Source of the DNA: Vicinamibacterales bacterium
GTDB taxonomy: Bacteria > Acidobacteriota > Vicinamibacteria > Vicinamibacterales > CAZQMT01
Length of the DNA: 64,000 nucleotides
Assembly (NCBI GenBank): GCA_965197935.1
Contig: CBDAOD010000002.1
Location: forward strand, 1,154,849-1,218,848
Reading direction: 5' to 3'
In this document: positions 19,400-29,807 of the stretch, piece after piece
Layout of the letters: each line of letters opens with the position of its first letter
Position numbering within the stretch: the first letter of the stretch is position 1
The notes under the pieces: model-generated
What the model was told of the DNA's origin: nothing
Seen by the model: the letters and a program-made list of their open reading frames with translations, nothing else
The model's database searches: none
Made by a program: the position numbers and the translations under genes

Positions 19400-20281
19400 G
19401 TCACAGTACGGCTTTTATCTTCAGACCGACGCGGATCGCTCGCGGGCGTGTCGCTTCGTCCGAATCCTGCCGGATCGTGGCGTGGCGGCGGAAGACGATC
19501 GGGCCATCTTTCCCGGCGGCGCGCTGGCCGTTCACATCACGCACCAACCGATCTACCGGGCGCTCGGCATCGAGAACGTGAAACACCGCCGAGGCGCGAA
19601 GGACACCACCACGCTGGTCCTCATGCGGCGGCTGCTGTCGCTCGATTACCTCATCGGACGGCCAACGCTTGGGTGGCTCCCGACCGAGGCGGACAAGGTG
19701 CAGCAGTTTGAGGCGCTGGGCATCGACCGAGCCGTCTTGCCGTACCGAAAATATGGCGCGGCCGGGAAGGCGCAAACTCGATGTTTTGCGCTGAAACTTC
19801 CGATCGCGCCGGACGAGCACGCAGCGACGTTTGTGTACGTCGATCCGGGGCAGTCCACCGATAGCGAGTTGGGCGCGTGGGGCGTGGCCCACGCGCCCCT
19901 CTGGGCCGCGCTCCGGGCGCGGACTTTCGCCCCGTGCACATTGTCGCCGTCGGCACGGGCGTAGCGGCCGCGGAACGCGCCGCGCCCGTCCTGAAACGCT
20001 GGACCCAGGACGGCAACGGCCAGGGCGCGGCGGACCCGGCCGGGCCGACCAAGGCCGACCCGGGAATCCGCCAGGAAATCGCCCGGCTTGAGAAAGCCAT
20101 TACCGCCGGCAATCGTGACCTCTTGCGCGCGGCCGGCGGGTTCGACACGGCGGCCGATCGTCTTGAGTTGTTGCAACAACTCCCCGACGGCACGCCCACC
20201 ACGGCGACGGCACGAGGGGCGATTGACCGCTTCACGATCTGGCCCACCGTCCGGCTGACCACCCCCGAGGTGGCGATCTGA
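19400..20281 (+). pseudogene. Frameshifted ICE-associated hypothetical protein (paralog of 26690-27792)
   Basis: Shares YRALG.E..RHRR...RRLLSLDY and ATFVYV...WG..HA.LWAALR with the second copy. Frameshift near 19930; the 5' end is missing. Confidence 0.65.
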
Positions 20282-20305
20282 TGGTGCCCCCGAACCGTGC
20301 CCCGT

Positions 20306-20353
20306 TCCGTGGCAGGCTCCGTGGCGGGCTCCGTGGCGGGCTCCGTGGCAGGG
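20306..20353. repeat. 4 x 12-bp tandem repeat TCCGTGGC(A/G)GG(C/G)
   Basis: Copies start at 20306, 20318, 20330 and 20342. Confidence 0.9.
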
Positions 20354-20372
20354 AACACGGGACGCGGACAGC

Positions 20373-20590
20373 GGGGGGGGTGTCCCAAGAACAGCCGGGG
20401 GGGGTGTCCCATCCCCCTCTTCCATTTTTCGCTGTCGTTGTTCGGGTTTGTCGTCCTAGACCGGCCGACCCGAACCGCGCCAGCGGAGAGGGGAGAGACG
20501 GGAGCGACCCCCCCTTTTTAACCGCTAGCGCGGTTCGGCAAAGGGGGGGGTGTCCCACCCAGTGTCCCACCGGGTGTCCCATCCCCCCCG
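20373..20590. other. Repeat/hairpin region, candidate oriT
   Basis: Five GTGTCCCA copies, three preceded by G8 runs, flanking a CCCCCCCTTT..AACCGC-TAGC-GCGGTT..AAAGGGGGGGG inverted repeat. Motifs are shared with 32263-32360. Confidence 0.4.
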
Positions 20591-20684
20591 CCGTTGGGGA
20601 GGTCGCTCCCGTCTGTAGGTATCCCTGCGGGAAGGCTCCCCGGCCCGCGTGCGGGCCGGACGACGAGCCGAGACGAGCGGCCCC

Positions 20685-22340
20685 ATGCTTGACCGACTCA
20701 TCCGCGCGTTCCTTGTCGTCGGCGGCGTCAGTGTCGGGTGCGCCTGGACGTGGCCCGGCGCGTTTCCCGAGGCCGATCCCGTGGCGGTGCTCGTCCGCTA
20801 TCACACCCCGAACGTGTACCGCGCCGTCGTCGCGTGGTACTTACGTCGCGCCCGGCGTGGCGGTGTTCCTCGCCGGGCAATTCCTCATCAGCACATCCCG
20901 GATCTGGTTCGCCCGGATGGGCGTCCGTGTGGGGCGCCGGTCCCGCCTTCCGCGCTGGCCCCTTTCGCCTTCGGCGGACGGGCCGGCGATCGTCGTCGGC
21001 GAGGTCCATCACCCGGTCAGAGCCATCGAGAGCCCGGCTCCCGAATGGCTGACGATCCCGGAGCGGGGCCTCTATACCGGCGTGGCGATTTTCGGCGCCG
21101 TCGGATCCGGCAAGACGTCGGCGTGTATGCACCCGTTCGCGCGCCAACTCTTCGGCTGGCAAGCGGACAATCCCGAGCGGCGCGCCGCCGCGCTCGTGCT
21201 GGAAGTGAAGGGCGATTTTTGTCACGACATCCGCCGGATGCTGACCGAGCTGGACCGGGGCGAGGACTACATCGAGCTGTCCCTGGACGGCCGGCTGACG
21301 TGGAATCCGCTGAGTGCCACCTGGCTCGATTCGTACTCGCTCGCGTACACGGTCGCGTCCCTCTTGAATCAACTGTTCGGCAAGGGGAAGGAACCCTTCT
21401 GGCAACAGGCCTACACCAACCTCGTCCGCTAGGCGCTGTTCGCCCAGAAGATTCAACAGGCCCAGACCTACGCGGCCGATATGTCCGACACGCGGATCAC
21501 CATCGCGGCGACGGCGCTGACAGGTGACCACCTGACCCCGCTGCGCCGTCTCGGCTTTCAGCCGAACCCGGCCGACCTGACCCGCTTCCAGACGCGCGCG
21601 GACCCGGCCGCGTTCGAGTACCTCAAGACCCACACGATCACGTACGACCGAGAGCGGTTCGAGAGTACGACCGCGCAGGAGATCCGGCTCCGCGTCGAAG
21701 CCGTGCATCGCTGGTACGTCCACGACTGGAACACCCTCGACAACAAGATTCGTTCGAGCATCGTGGAAGGGGTGTCCGTGTTCCTGTCGATGTTCGACGT
21801 GCCGTCCGTGGCTCGCGTGTTTTGCCCGGCCGCGCCCGAGGCGCGGCGGTTCCACGACCCGGCCGGCGACGCGCACGACGCGCCCGGCACCGACACCACG
21901 CCGCTCGCGGCGACCACCATGAAAGGCGTCGATCTTCCGCCCCTCGATGCACTGATCGAGCGCGGGAAGGTGCTGGCCCTCAACATGCCCACCGGCACCA
22001 ACCCGGCGCTGGCCCGCGCCGTCGGCGTCATGCTGAAAAATGCGTGGCTCCAATCGCTGTTGCGCCGACCGGCGGCGATGAAGAACGCGCCCGGCCGCTA
22101 CGTCCGGCCGGCCGTGTTTATCTGTGACGAATACCAAGCCTTCGCCAGCGTCGGCGAGGACGATCCGAGCGGCGACGAGAAAGCCTTTGCCCTCACCCGG
22201 CAGTGCCGGGTGATCCCCATTGTCGCCACACAATCCATCAGTTCGTTGCGGTCCGTGCTGGGCAGTTCCGAGGCATGGCGGACGCTCCTGCAGACGCTCC
22301 GCACCCGCATCTTTTTGAGCTTGAGCGACGAGGCCAGCGC
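20685..22340 (+). pseudogene. VirD4/TraG-like coupling protein, degraded copy
   Basis: GAVGSGKTSACM, LVLEVKGDF, DEYQAFA...DEKAFALTRQ. Frameshift near 20840, stop at 21432, truncated near 22340. Confidence 0.85.
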
Positions 22341-23027
22341 CGGCTCCTGGTCGGGGCGCGGCCTGCCAGGACCGTGGTGTGTCCCGGCTGCGAAGCCGAC
22401 TGCGTCATGCTGGTGCAGACGATCCCCGCCGGGCCGCGCGCGGCGGCACGCTCATCGTCTGTGACAAACGGAGTGACATCAACCGGGTGGCGCTCACGAC
22501 GGCACACGTGGACCAATGGAAATGTGATGCCGAGGCCCTCGCCCGGTCTGTCGTCGAGCAGCTGGGCCTGCGCCGGAGCCGGCACCGGATCGACGATTCA
22601 GGGACGCGGCCCCTCGGGCTCGCCGCTGGCGACACGCGGCACCAGATGCTGGGCCTGCGCACGCGCGGGGACGTGACGCTGGTCGTCGCGGACACGGCGG
22701 GTGGCCCTGGCGGACCTGATCGACTTCGAGCGCGGCGCCTACATGCTGGACACCGCCGCCATTCGCCACTTCGTCGATGCGGCGACGACCGCCGACCCGC
22801 ACTACACGCCGAGCACGACGCGGCGCGAGGCCCACACGCGCGACACGCAGGCACGGTACGCGCGCTGGCAAAAGGCCTGCCGCGCGCTGAAGCAGCGGCG
22901 CCCGCACATGTCCGACGTGTTGTACGCTCGGCAGATTGCCGCGCAGGCGGTCGCGGCCGGCTGCCACGCGAGCACCATCCGCAAACACACGACGCGACGG
23001 CCGGGGGCCATCACGCGGTGCGGCTGA
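22340..23027 (+). pseudogene. Frameshifted remnant of a genomic-island hypothetical protein
   Basis: CPGCEADC, IVCDKRSDINRV and YTPSTTRREAHTRDTQARYARWQKA...IRKH are spread across three frames. Confidence 0.45.
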
Positions 23028-23326
23028 CGCGACGGGCACGGGGGCGCTCAGCGCGATGAGCGGTCGCTCGAGCGGACCGACATTGGCCCCCAGGATCGCG
23101 TCGAGAGACCTCATCCCCTGATCACAGTCCCGCGCGAGATCCTGGGAAACCGGCGTCCTCTCACCCCTCCGTGTCGCGGACGCTCTCGACATGACGCCCG
23201 GCGCCTGGGTGCTGATCGTCCCGTCGTGGCCCAGATGCTCCGAGTGTGTATTATAGACATAAACGTATACGTTTACTGGATGTAGTCCTGTAAATAATTT
23301 ATATTTAAACACTTACAGAAGTGATA

Positions 23327-23403
23327 TGGCGCGCCAGGCAGGATTCGAACCTGCGACCCTCGGCTTAGAAGGCCGATGCTCTATCCAGCTGAGCTACGGG
23401 CGC
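23327..23403 (-). tRNA. tRNA-Arg(TCT)
   Basis: 77 nt. Anticodon arm TCGGC-CTTCTAA-GCCGA, T arm GCAGG-TTCGAAT-CCTGC, encoded CCA. One C-U mismatch in the acceptor stem. Confidence 0.95.
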
Positions 23404-23651
23404 CGGCCGGTGTGCGCGGAGCAATCTATCACTGGCACAGGGCGTGGGCGACAGTGGTGGAGATGATGGCGTTGCTGGACGGGAGGATGCGGCGCGAGGC
23501 CACAGTGGCGGGGGAGCCGGCGCTCGAGATCACGATCCTTGCGGACCTGTCCAAGTTGCCGACGACGTCCCCGTGGCTCTCAGATTGGCTCTCAGCGGCA
23601 TGGTGCCCTGGCAATTTGTTGGACAGATGTGTCTATTTTACTAATAAAAAC

Positions 23652-23727
23652 TGGAGCCGGCGCGCGGACTCGAACCGCGGACCTGCTGATTACGAATCAG
23701 CTGCTCTACCAACTGAGCTACGCCGGC
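23652..23727 (-). tRNA. tRNA-Thr(CGT), intact (island 1 junction)
   Basis: 76 nt, GCCGGCGTAGCTCAGTTGGTAGAGC...GCTGA-TTCGTAA-TCAGC...GGTTCGAGTCC...CCA. Confidence 0.97.
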
Positions 23728-23767
23728 ATACCTTTAGAATAAGTGACTTACGAGGATATAGAAATTA

Positions 23768-23814
23768 CTGCCAGCCGTTTCTGCCAGCCAAACGACACGT
23801 GGCGCGGCTGGCAG
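23768..23814. repeat. Putative integrase arm-type sites (CTGCCAGCC x2 direct, x1 inverted)
   Basis: Direct at 23768-23776 and 23781-23789; inverted at 23806-23814. Confidence 0.6.
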
Positions 23815-23929
23815 AAGAGCCCCAGCGGCGGAGGAGGCGGGCACGACAGGATCCTGATCCTCACTGTCACGAGGTCCCTATTGTAGTCCGTTCCCGGTGT
23901 GGGGTGCGACCTTCGAGAGAGCTCCATCG

Positions 23930-24345
23930 TCACGGGTTGGCCACGACACGCAGCCGCCGGATCGCGTCGCGCTGCTTGGTGAGCGTCGGGGCCGCGTAGA
24001 TCCGCGTCGTCGTCGGGTCAGTGTGGCCGTAGAGGTCCTGAATGTCCGCGAGGTCAGCCCCGGCGTGCCGGAGCCACGTCGCGAACGTGTGGCGAATCTG
24101 ATACACGGTGAACGGTTCCAAATTCGCTTTTCGGGCTACCGTGCGGATCGCCTTGTTCGCACTCGGCGTGGACCAGGGGCCGAAGGCCTCGCTCTCGATG
24201 AACGCGCGTGCCGCCGCGACTGGGTCGTCCACCAGCGGGATTGTGGCCAGACGGCCGTGCTTCCCGCGCGGGACGGACACGTACGGGATGGACTCCTGAA
24301 GGTGGAAGTCGGCGCGGGTCAGACGCCCCATCTGGGATGGCCGCA
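23930..24345 (-). pseudogene. Tyrosine recombinase C-terminal fragment 1
   Basis: GMRPSQ (catalytic R), YQIRHTFAT (HxxR-box variant), LYGHTD, RIYA. The N-terminal domains are missing. Confidence 0.85.
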
Positions 24346-24424
24346 TGCCGTCCGGTCCTCGCCCTCCGCAGCAACTCGCCCCCTGGCCACACCCCCCGGG
24401 CAACTCTTCCGCGCGCCTAAGGGC

Positions 24425-24794
24425 AAAGACGAATTCGCACAGCGTGGGGTTGGTGTGGGCGCAAGCTGGTTGGGAGATGTACTGGGCACTAGTGGACGCC
24501 CACGGTTTCGACCCCGAGTTGTTCAACGCTAGTGGTAGCGCCGGAAACCAAAGAGCAATGCTCTACGTTACCGAAGGACTCATGAATACCGCCTGTAGTC
24601 CAACGTTCGTCGATGTGCGTGATGCGATCATACAGGCGGCGATTGACAACCATGGCGGCGACGGTGTCTGTCGGCTGTGGAACTCGTTTGCTGCGTTCGG
24701 GCTGGGGCTCGATGCCTTTGGCGGTGGGCCCAACACTACATCTTCTGTCAACAATGGCCACGAGACCCCTTCCACCTGCACTGCAGACAAGTAG
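24425..24794 (+). pseudogene. C-terminal fragment of an M36/M4-like metallopeptidase
   Basis: HSVGLVWA...WEMYWALV...PTFVDVRDAIIQA...RLWNSFAAFGLG. No HExxH region is present. Confidence 0.6.
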
Positions 24795-24841
24795 ATTAGT
24801 ACGCTTCCTGACGCCGCCGTACAGGTGGCTCTAGGCCAGGG

Positions 24842-25825
24842 CTAGACCGGATTCAGGATACCAGGAAGTTTCTTCGTTCGAATGTTCCAGATCGACCTTG
24901 CAAGCAGAATCTCGTTCGTTGGGATTTCCCAGGCTTTTGTGACGGCCGTGATGAGCTCGGTGTCCGCAGGATAGAGGGTGATCAGTTCGGCGGCGCCTTG
25001 TATAAGGCTAATAAGGCTTGTCGTGTAGGCGGGTTGTTGGACTTGACGGTGAAAGGTGTCCTGCAGCTTCTCATCATGGACCGTGTTGGGAATTGGTCCA
25101 TGCTCGTTAAACATTAGCTTGAGAAGCAGCGCATCCGGCAACCCATGGGCGAATGTGCAGAGAAACACATACTCCCGATACAAGCGGTCGAGCATCCGTC
25201 GCTTATCGCTGTTTTCTCGAAGGCTGTCGAGGGCACGTGACGGTGACGGGAACCGTGAAATGTATTCCGCCGCGGTTCCCGCCGGCAGCGGTATGCCAAG
25301 TTCATCGTGTTCGATGGTGGCCACTTGGGCGTCAGTAATCCCATGTAATTGGCGGAGGGCGTTCAAATTGGCGGGGGCTGACTGCGTACAGAAATCGCGA
25401 AAGCGCAGTAGATTCTTTGTTTCCTCGCATTCCAAGAGCAACCGGGTGTACTGCTTCTTCCATCCATCCTTGAGATAGGCGTCTACCCACGAGGCGTCCT
25501 CGAACATGAGGCAAAGGGTGTAGAGTCCCTCAAGCGGCAGGCGAGCAAGTGCGAGTGCATCAATGGATTCGGGGTTCTGCCAACCGGCAGCGAGAACTTT
25601 TCGAACTAGTCGGTGGGTCGAAAGCATAGACAGGTACACGGTCTGGATGATCCGTCGCTGGAAGTCCGTGTGTGTCGAAGTATGGTTGTCCAGGGCCAGA
25701 AGGGCGCGGTGCATGGCAGCTTGCATGGCGGCTTCTAGCTGTTCGGCGTTGACGTGGTGGTCGGGGTCCACGTCCTCGTTGTGGACGTATGCGCACTCTC
25801 TAATCGGCTTCACATCAAGTTCCAC
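24842..25825 (-). CDS. Hypothetical helical protein, DUF5677/HEPN-like
   Basis: 327 aa, lower GC. ALARLPLEGLY and LYREYVFLCTFAHG resemble HEPN-derived family motifs. Confidence 0.55.
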   Translation of the reverse strand: MELDVKPIRECAYVHNEDVDPDHHVNAEQLEAAMQAAMHRALLALDNHTSTHTDFQRRIIQTVYLSMLSTHRLVRKVLAAGWQNPESIDALALARLPLEGLYTLCLMFEDASWVDAYLKDGWKKQYTRLLLECEETKNLLRFRDFCTQSAPANLNALRQLHGITDAQVATIEHDELGIPLPAGTAAEYISRFPSPSRALDSLRENSDKRRMLDRLYREYVFLCTFAHGLPDALLLKLMFNEHGPIPNTVHDEKLQDTFHRQVQQPAYTTSLISLIQGAAELITLYPADTELITAVTKAWEIPTNEILLARSIWNIRTKKLPGILNPV

Positions 25826-26157
25826 CTCAGTGGCCGGGGCTGCGCCGGCAGGACTACCCGCTCAATCGGTTCGGAGCCTCTAGTGCGGCTTGCCGAGCGT
25901 GACCTCTTGCCGGGTTCGGGAGCCGCGTGTCGCGCGACCGCGGACCAAAGAGAGGAGGTTGAGGGCCAGGCCAAGCTGGGATTCCGGTCGTTGCAGATTC
26001 GCGCAACGGTGTTTGTCAGCCAAAAGGGCGCGCAACGGCTGGCACAAGCCGTTGGGGTGACCGGGGCGAGCCCGACCGGTTCCGGATCTTCGTTGTCACG
26101 AGGTCCCTATTGTAGTCCGTTCTCGGTGGGGGTGCGACCTTCGAGAGAGCTCCATCG

Positions 26158-26405
26158 TCACGGGTTGGCCACGACACGTAGCCGCCGGATCGCGTCGCGC
26201 TGCTTGGCGAGCGTCGGGGCCGCGTAGATCCGCGTCGTCGTCGGGTCAGTGTGGCCGTAGAGGTCCTGAATGTCAGCGAGGTCAGCCCCGGCGTGCCGGA
26301 GCCATGTCGCGAACGAGTGGCGAATCTGATACACCGTGAACGGTTCAAGATTCGCTTTTCGGGCTGCCGTGCGGATTGCCTTGTTCGCACTCGGCGAGGA
26401 CCAGG
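26158..26405 (-). pseudogene. Tyrosine recombinase C-terminal fragment 2 (near-duplicate of fragment 1)
   Basis: PWSSPSANKAIR...IRHSFATWLRHAGADLADIQDLYGHTDPTTTRIYAAP. The downstream non-coding DNA is also nearly identical to 23870-23930. Confidence 0.85.
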
Positions 26406-26409
26406 GGTC

Positions 26410-26682
26410 GCGCTCGTGGCAGCCGGCCTCGCGGCGGAGGAGCTCGTCGTTGAGGATGTCTCGGTGCGGATCCTGCCGCAGCCGGCGGAGCCGCACAACG
26501 CGGCGGCCACGTTCGATCTGGTCCGGATGCGGGCCGGGCAGGAAATCGCACGGGAGTCGTGGTCGGTGTCGATGCAATTTCGCTTTCTGCCGGAGATCCC
26601 TGGGGAGCTGGTCGTCTGGAATCCGATGGGCCTTGTGATCAGCTTTCTTCAAGGGGACCGGATCGTGACGTCCAGTCGGTAG
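26410..26682 (+). pseudogene. C-terminal remnant of a VirB8/TrbF-like T4SS protein
   Basis: ...ATFDLVRM...WSVSMQFRFLPEIP...NPMGLVISF resembles the VirB8 NPLG C-terminal motif. It lies upstream of the virD4-virB11 block. Confidence 0.55.
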
Positions 26683-26689
26683 CTTGCTG

Positions 26690-27792
26690 ATGATCGCCCA
26701 TCTCACGGATCGGGCGGTGGCGCTCGCCGCGCTCGGGTGGACGGGCCAGGATGCGGAGTGGCTGGCCTTCGTCTGTCTGCATAGTGGCGTGTTTCTGCGC
26801 GCGCAATATCTGACGTTCACCGGTGAAGCATCCCCGTCTGCGGCCGCCCGCTTTGTCGAACGGTGCGGGGCGGCGGCGGTCGAGGAGACGTTGAACGGGA
26901 GCGGCCGGCTCTTAGAGTCTCCCTCTGGGATGGGTGAAACCCCTCGCCTTTAGGCGAAGCCTTCAGGAGGCCGCAGGGCCGGACCTCTTCGGGCTCTGGG
27001 ACGTGCGCCGTGATAGTCGGCTTCAGCCGACGCGGCGCACTGATTCCCTCGCCTTCAGGCGAGGGAGACTCAATGTGTCGGATCGTCGCGCGGCCGGTGT
27101 ACCGGGCGCTCGGGGCGGAGCACATTCGGCACCGGCGCGCGGCGTCGCATGGGCTGGTGGTGCGGCGGTTGCTGTCGCTCGATTACGTCCTTGACCATGC
27201 GGCGCGGCCGTGGCTGGTGACGGAGGAGGAAAAGGTCACGGCGTTGACGGCGGCGGGGGTGCCGGAGGCGGTGCTGCCGCGGCGTGTGTATGAGGGGCAC
27301 CAGCCGGGCACGGGGCAAACCCGGTACTTCGTCCACAAGTTGCCGGTCGCGCTCGATACGGACCGGGCGACGTTCGTGTTTGTCCAGCCCCCTGGGGACA
27401 TCACGCAGCAGGCGTTGCGCTCGTGGGGCGCGTCGCACGCGGCGCTGTGGGCGGCGCTGCGGGCGGCGGGTCGCGTGGTCACGGTCGTCGTCGTGGGGCA
27501 GGATCCGGAGCGGCTGGCTGCGGCGCAGCACGTGGTGAACGGCTGGACGGCGACCGGGCCAGCGGCCCAGGCCGGGGGGAAGGATGTGGCGGCTGAGCTG
27601 GCGGCGCTCCGCTCCGCCGTGATCGCGGGGGACCCGGAGGTGCTGCGCCGCGAGGGTGGACTAAATGGGGCACTGGTGCGCCTCGCGGCACTGCAACAGC
27701 AGCGGGACGAGACGCAGGCCGGTGCGACGGGCATCGCGCCACACATCACGAGCGGGGAGACGTGGCGCTCGCGGCGGGTGGCGGTCCCATGA
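26690..27792 (+). pseudogene. ICE-associated hypothetical protein interrupted by the 158-bp element
   Basis: Removing 26916-27073 gives the in-frame junction GRL-LV-CRIVARPVY. ATGA overlap with virD4. Confidence 0.75.
26916..27073 (+). mobile_element. 158-bp non-autonomous IS200/IS605-type element, copy 1
   Basis: Follows TTAG, ends TCAA, no target duplication, subterminal CCCTCGCCTTYAGGCGA hairpins. Identical by eye to 50583-50740 and 57094-57251. Confidence 0.9.
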
Positions 27793-29807
27793 TCGTGATG
27801 CTGGTGCTGCTGGTCGTGGGCGCGAGCTGGTGGTGGATCGCCCCGTTCCCTGGGCCGGGCGCGGATCCGGTCGTGGATCTGCTGGCGGCGCGGTCGCCGT
27901 GGCTGCACGAGGCGATCCGGGCCTGGCATTACCTCGCGCCGGGCGTCGCGCTGGTGGGCGGTTGGTTGGTCGCGCGGGCGGTCGGGCGCGTGTGGTTCGC
28001 GTCACGCGGGCTGCCGGCCTGGCAGATCGCCGCCAGCGATGCGACGCCGGCCATCGTGGTCGGGGAAGTCCATCATCCGGTGGCGCTCCGGGAAGTGCCG
28101 GCGCCCCGCTGGCTCACGATTCCGGAGCGGGGCCTCTATACGGGCATCCTCGTCGTCGGCGCGATCGGCTCGGGGAAAACCTCCGCGTGCATGCGGCCGT
28201 TCGCGCGGCAACTGCTCGCCTGGCAGGCGGACGATTCGCGGCGGCGCATGGCGGGCCTGGTACTCGAGGTCAAGGGCGATTTTTGTCATCAGGTCCGGGA
28301 CATCTTGATCGCGGCGGGCCGCGGCGAGGACTACATTGAACTCGGCCTCGGCGGGCGTTGGCAGTGGAACCCGCTGAGCGCGCATTGGCTCGACAGCTAC
28401 TCGCTGGCGTACACCGTCGCCAGCTTGATCAATCAACTGTTCGGCAAGGGTAGTGAACCGTTCTGGCAACAGGCGTACACGAACCTGGTCCGCTGGCTGA
28501 TCGAACTGCACCGGATGCGCCCCGGCGGCTGGGTGACGCTCCGGGACGTGTACCGCTGCGCGCTGGAACCGGAGCGGATTGCCACGCTGATTGCCGAGGT
28601 CGCGGCGGAGGTGGACCCGCCGCAAACAGTCCGGATCGAGAACGCGGTGGCGGTCGAGTACGCCGAGGCCCTGACCAAGGACTGGGTGTGGTCGGAGGAG
28701 GTGCCGGGGTTCGCCGAGACGAGGGATTCGGCGGAGGTCCGACACACACTCGAGGCCTTGGGCATCACGTTCACGGTCGAGGGCGGGCCGACGGCCGGCG
28801 GCGACCCGGCGCAGCGGGAACGGCTCGAGGCGGTGCGGCGGTGGTTCACCCACGATTGGGGCAAGCTCGACAAGAAAATCGGTTCGACCGTCTCCGAGGG
28901 GCTGTCCGTGTTCCTGTCGGTGTTCGATCTGCCGGAGGTGGCGTCGGTGTTCTGTCCGCCCGCGCCGCCGCCGCGGGCCACGCGGGCGAAGGCGACGGCC
29001 GGCGATGAGGCGGAGCTGCCAGCGGTCGGCGATGAGGCGGACCTGCCAGAGGCCGGGGCCGGCGTGACGCGGCCGCTTCCACCGCTCGACGAGGTGATTG
29101 AGTCGGGGAAGGTGCTGGCACTGAATATGCCGGCGGGGACGAATGCGGCGCTGGCGCGCGCGGTCGGCGTGATGCTCAAACAAGCCTGGCTCCAGACGTT
29201 GCTGCGCCGGCCGGCGCAGATGCAACGGGCGCCGAATCGGGTCTTTCGACCGGCCATGTTCCTGTGCGACGAGTATCAGAGTTTCGCCACCGTCGGCGAA
29301 GAGGATCCGAGTGGCGACGAGAAGGCGTTTGCGCTCACGCGGCAGTGCCGGCTGATTCCGATTGTGGCGACGCAATCCATCTCGTCACTCCGGGCCGTGC
29401 TCGGGCGCGGGGAAGCGTGGCGGGCGCTCCTCCAGACGCTCCGGACGCGGATCTTCCTGTCGCTGTCCGATGATGCGTCGGCGCAGATCGCCAGCGGGTT
29501 GTGCGGGCAGGTCGCCAAGATGAAAGCGAGCTACACCGTCTCGGAGCAGACGGCGCGCGCGAGCGCGTCGCTGCTGTCGGGGGCGGCCGGTGGCGGGACC
29601 GGCAGCGTCGGCGCGAGCAAGGCGTTTGCTGAACGCCGGGAACCGCTGTTCCATCCGCGGGACTTCACCATCCTCGGCAACTGTCAAGCCATCGTGCAAC
29701 CGTACGACGGGAGCCGATCACTCGATGCCACGCGCTGCTACCTCAAACCGGACTTTCTGCCGTCGGATCGGCCGTACTGGCGGGCGCGTGAGGCCGGGGA
29801 ACTGTAG
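27789..29807 (+). CDS. virD4: Type IV secretion coupling protein (VirD4/TraG-like)
   Basis: N-terminal TM helices; GAIGSGKT; EVKGDF; DEYQSF; ATQS. Intact. Confidence 0.85.
   Translation: MIVMLVLLVVGASWWWIAPFPGPGADPVVDLLAARSPWLHEAIRAWHYLAPGVALVGGWLVARAVGRVWFASRGLPAWQIAASDATPAIVVGEVHHPVALREVPAPRWLTIPERGLYTGILVVGAIGSGKTSACMRPFARQLLAWQADDSRRRMAGLVLEVKGDFCHQVRDILIAAGRGEDYIELGLGGRWQWNPLSAHWLDSYSLAYTVASLINQLFGKGSEPFWQQAYTNLVRWLIELHRMRPGGWVTLRDVYRCALEPERIATLIAEVAAEVDPPQTVRIENAVAVEYAEALTKDWVWSEEVPGFAETRDSAEVRHTLEALGITFTVEGGPTAGGDPAQRERLEAVRRWFTHDWGKLDKKIGSTVSEGLSVFLSVFDLPEVASVFCPPAPPPRATRAKATAGDEAELPAVGDEADLPEAGAGVTRPLPPLDEVIESGKVLALNMPAGTNAALARAVGVMLKQAWLQTLLRRPAQMQRAPNRVFRPAMFLCDEYQSFATVGEEDPSGDEKAFALTRQCRLIPIVATQSISSLRAVLGRGEAWRALLQTLRTRIFLSLSDDASAQIASGLCGQVAKMKASYTVSEQTARASASLLSGAAGGGTGSVGASKAFAERREPLFHPRDFTILGNCQAIVQPYDGSRSLDATRCYLKPDFLPSDRPYWRAREAGEL

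Noticed and set aside
20306-20590. Possible CRISPR array
   Set aside because: The repeats are 8-12 bp, tandem or irregularly spaced, with no unique spacers and no cas genes.
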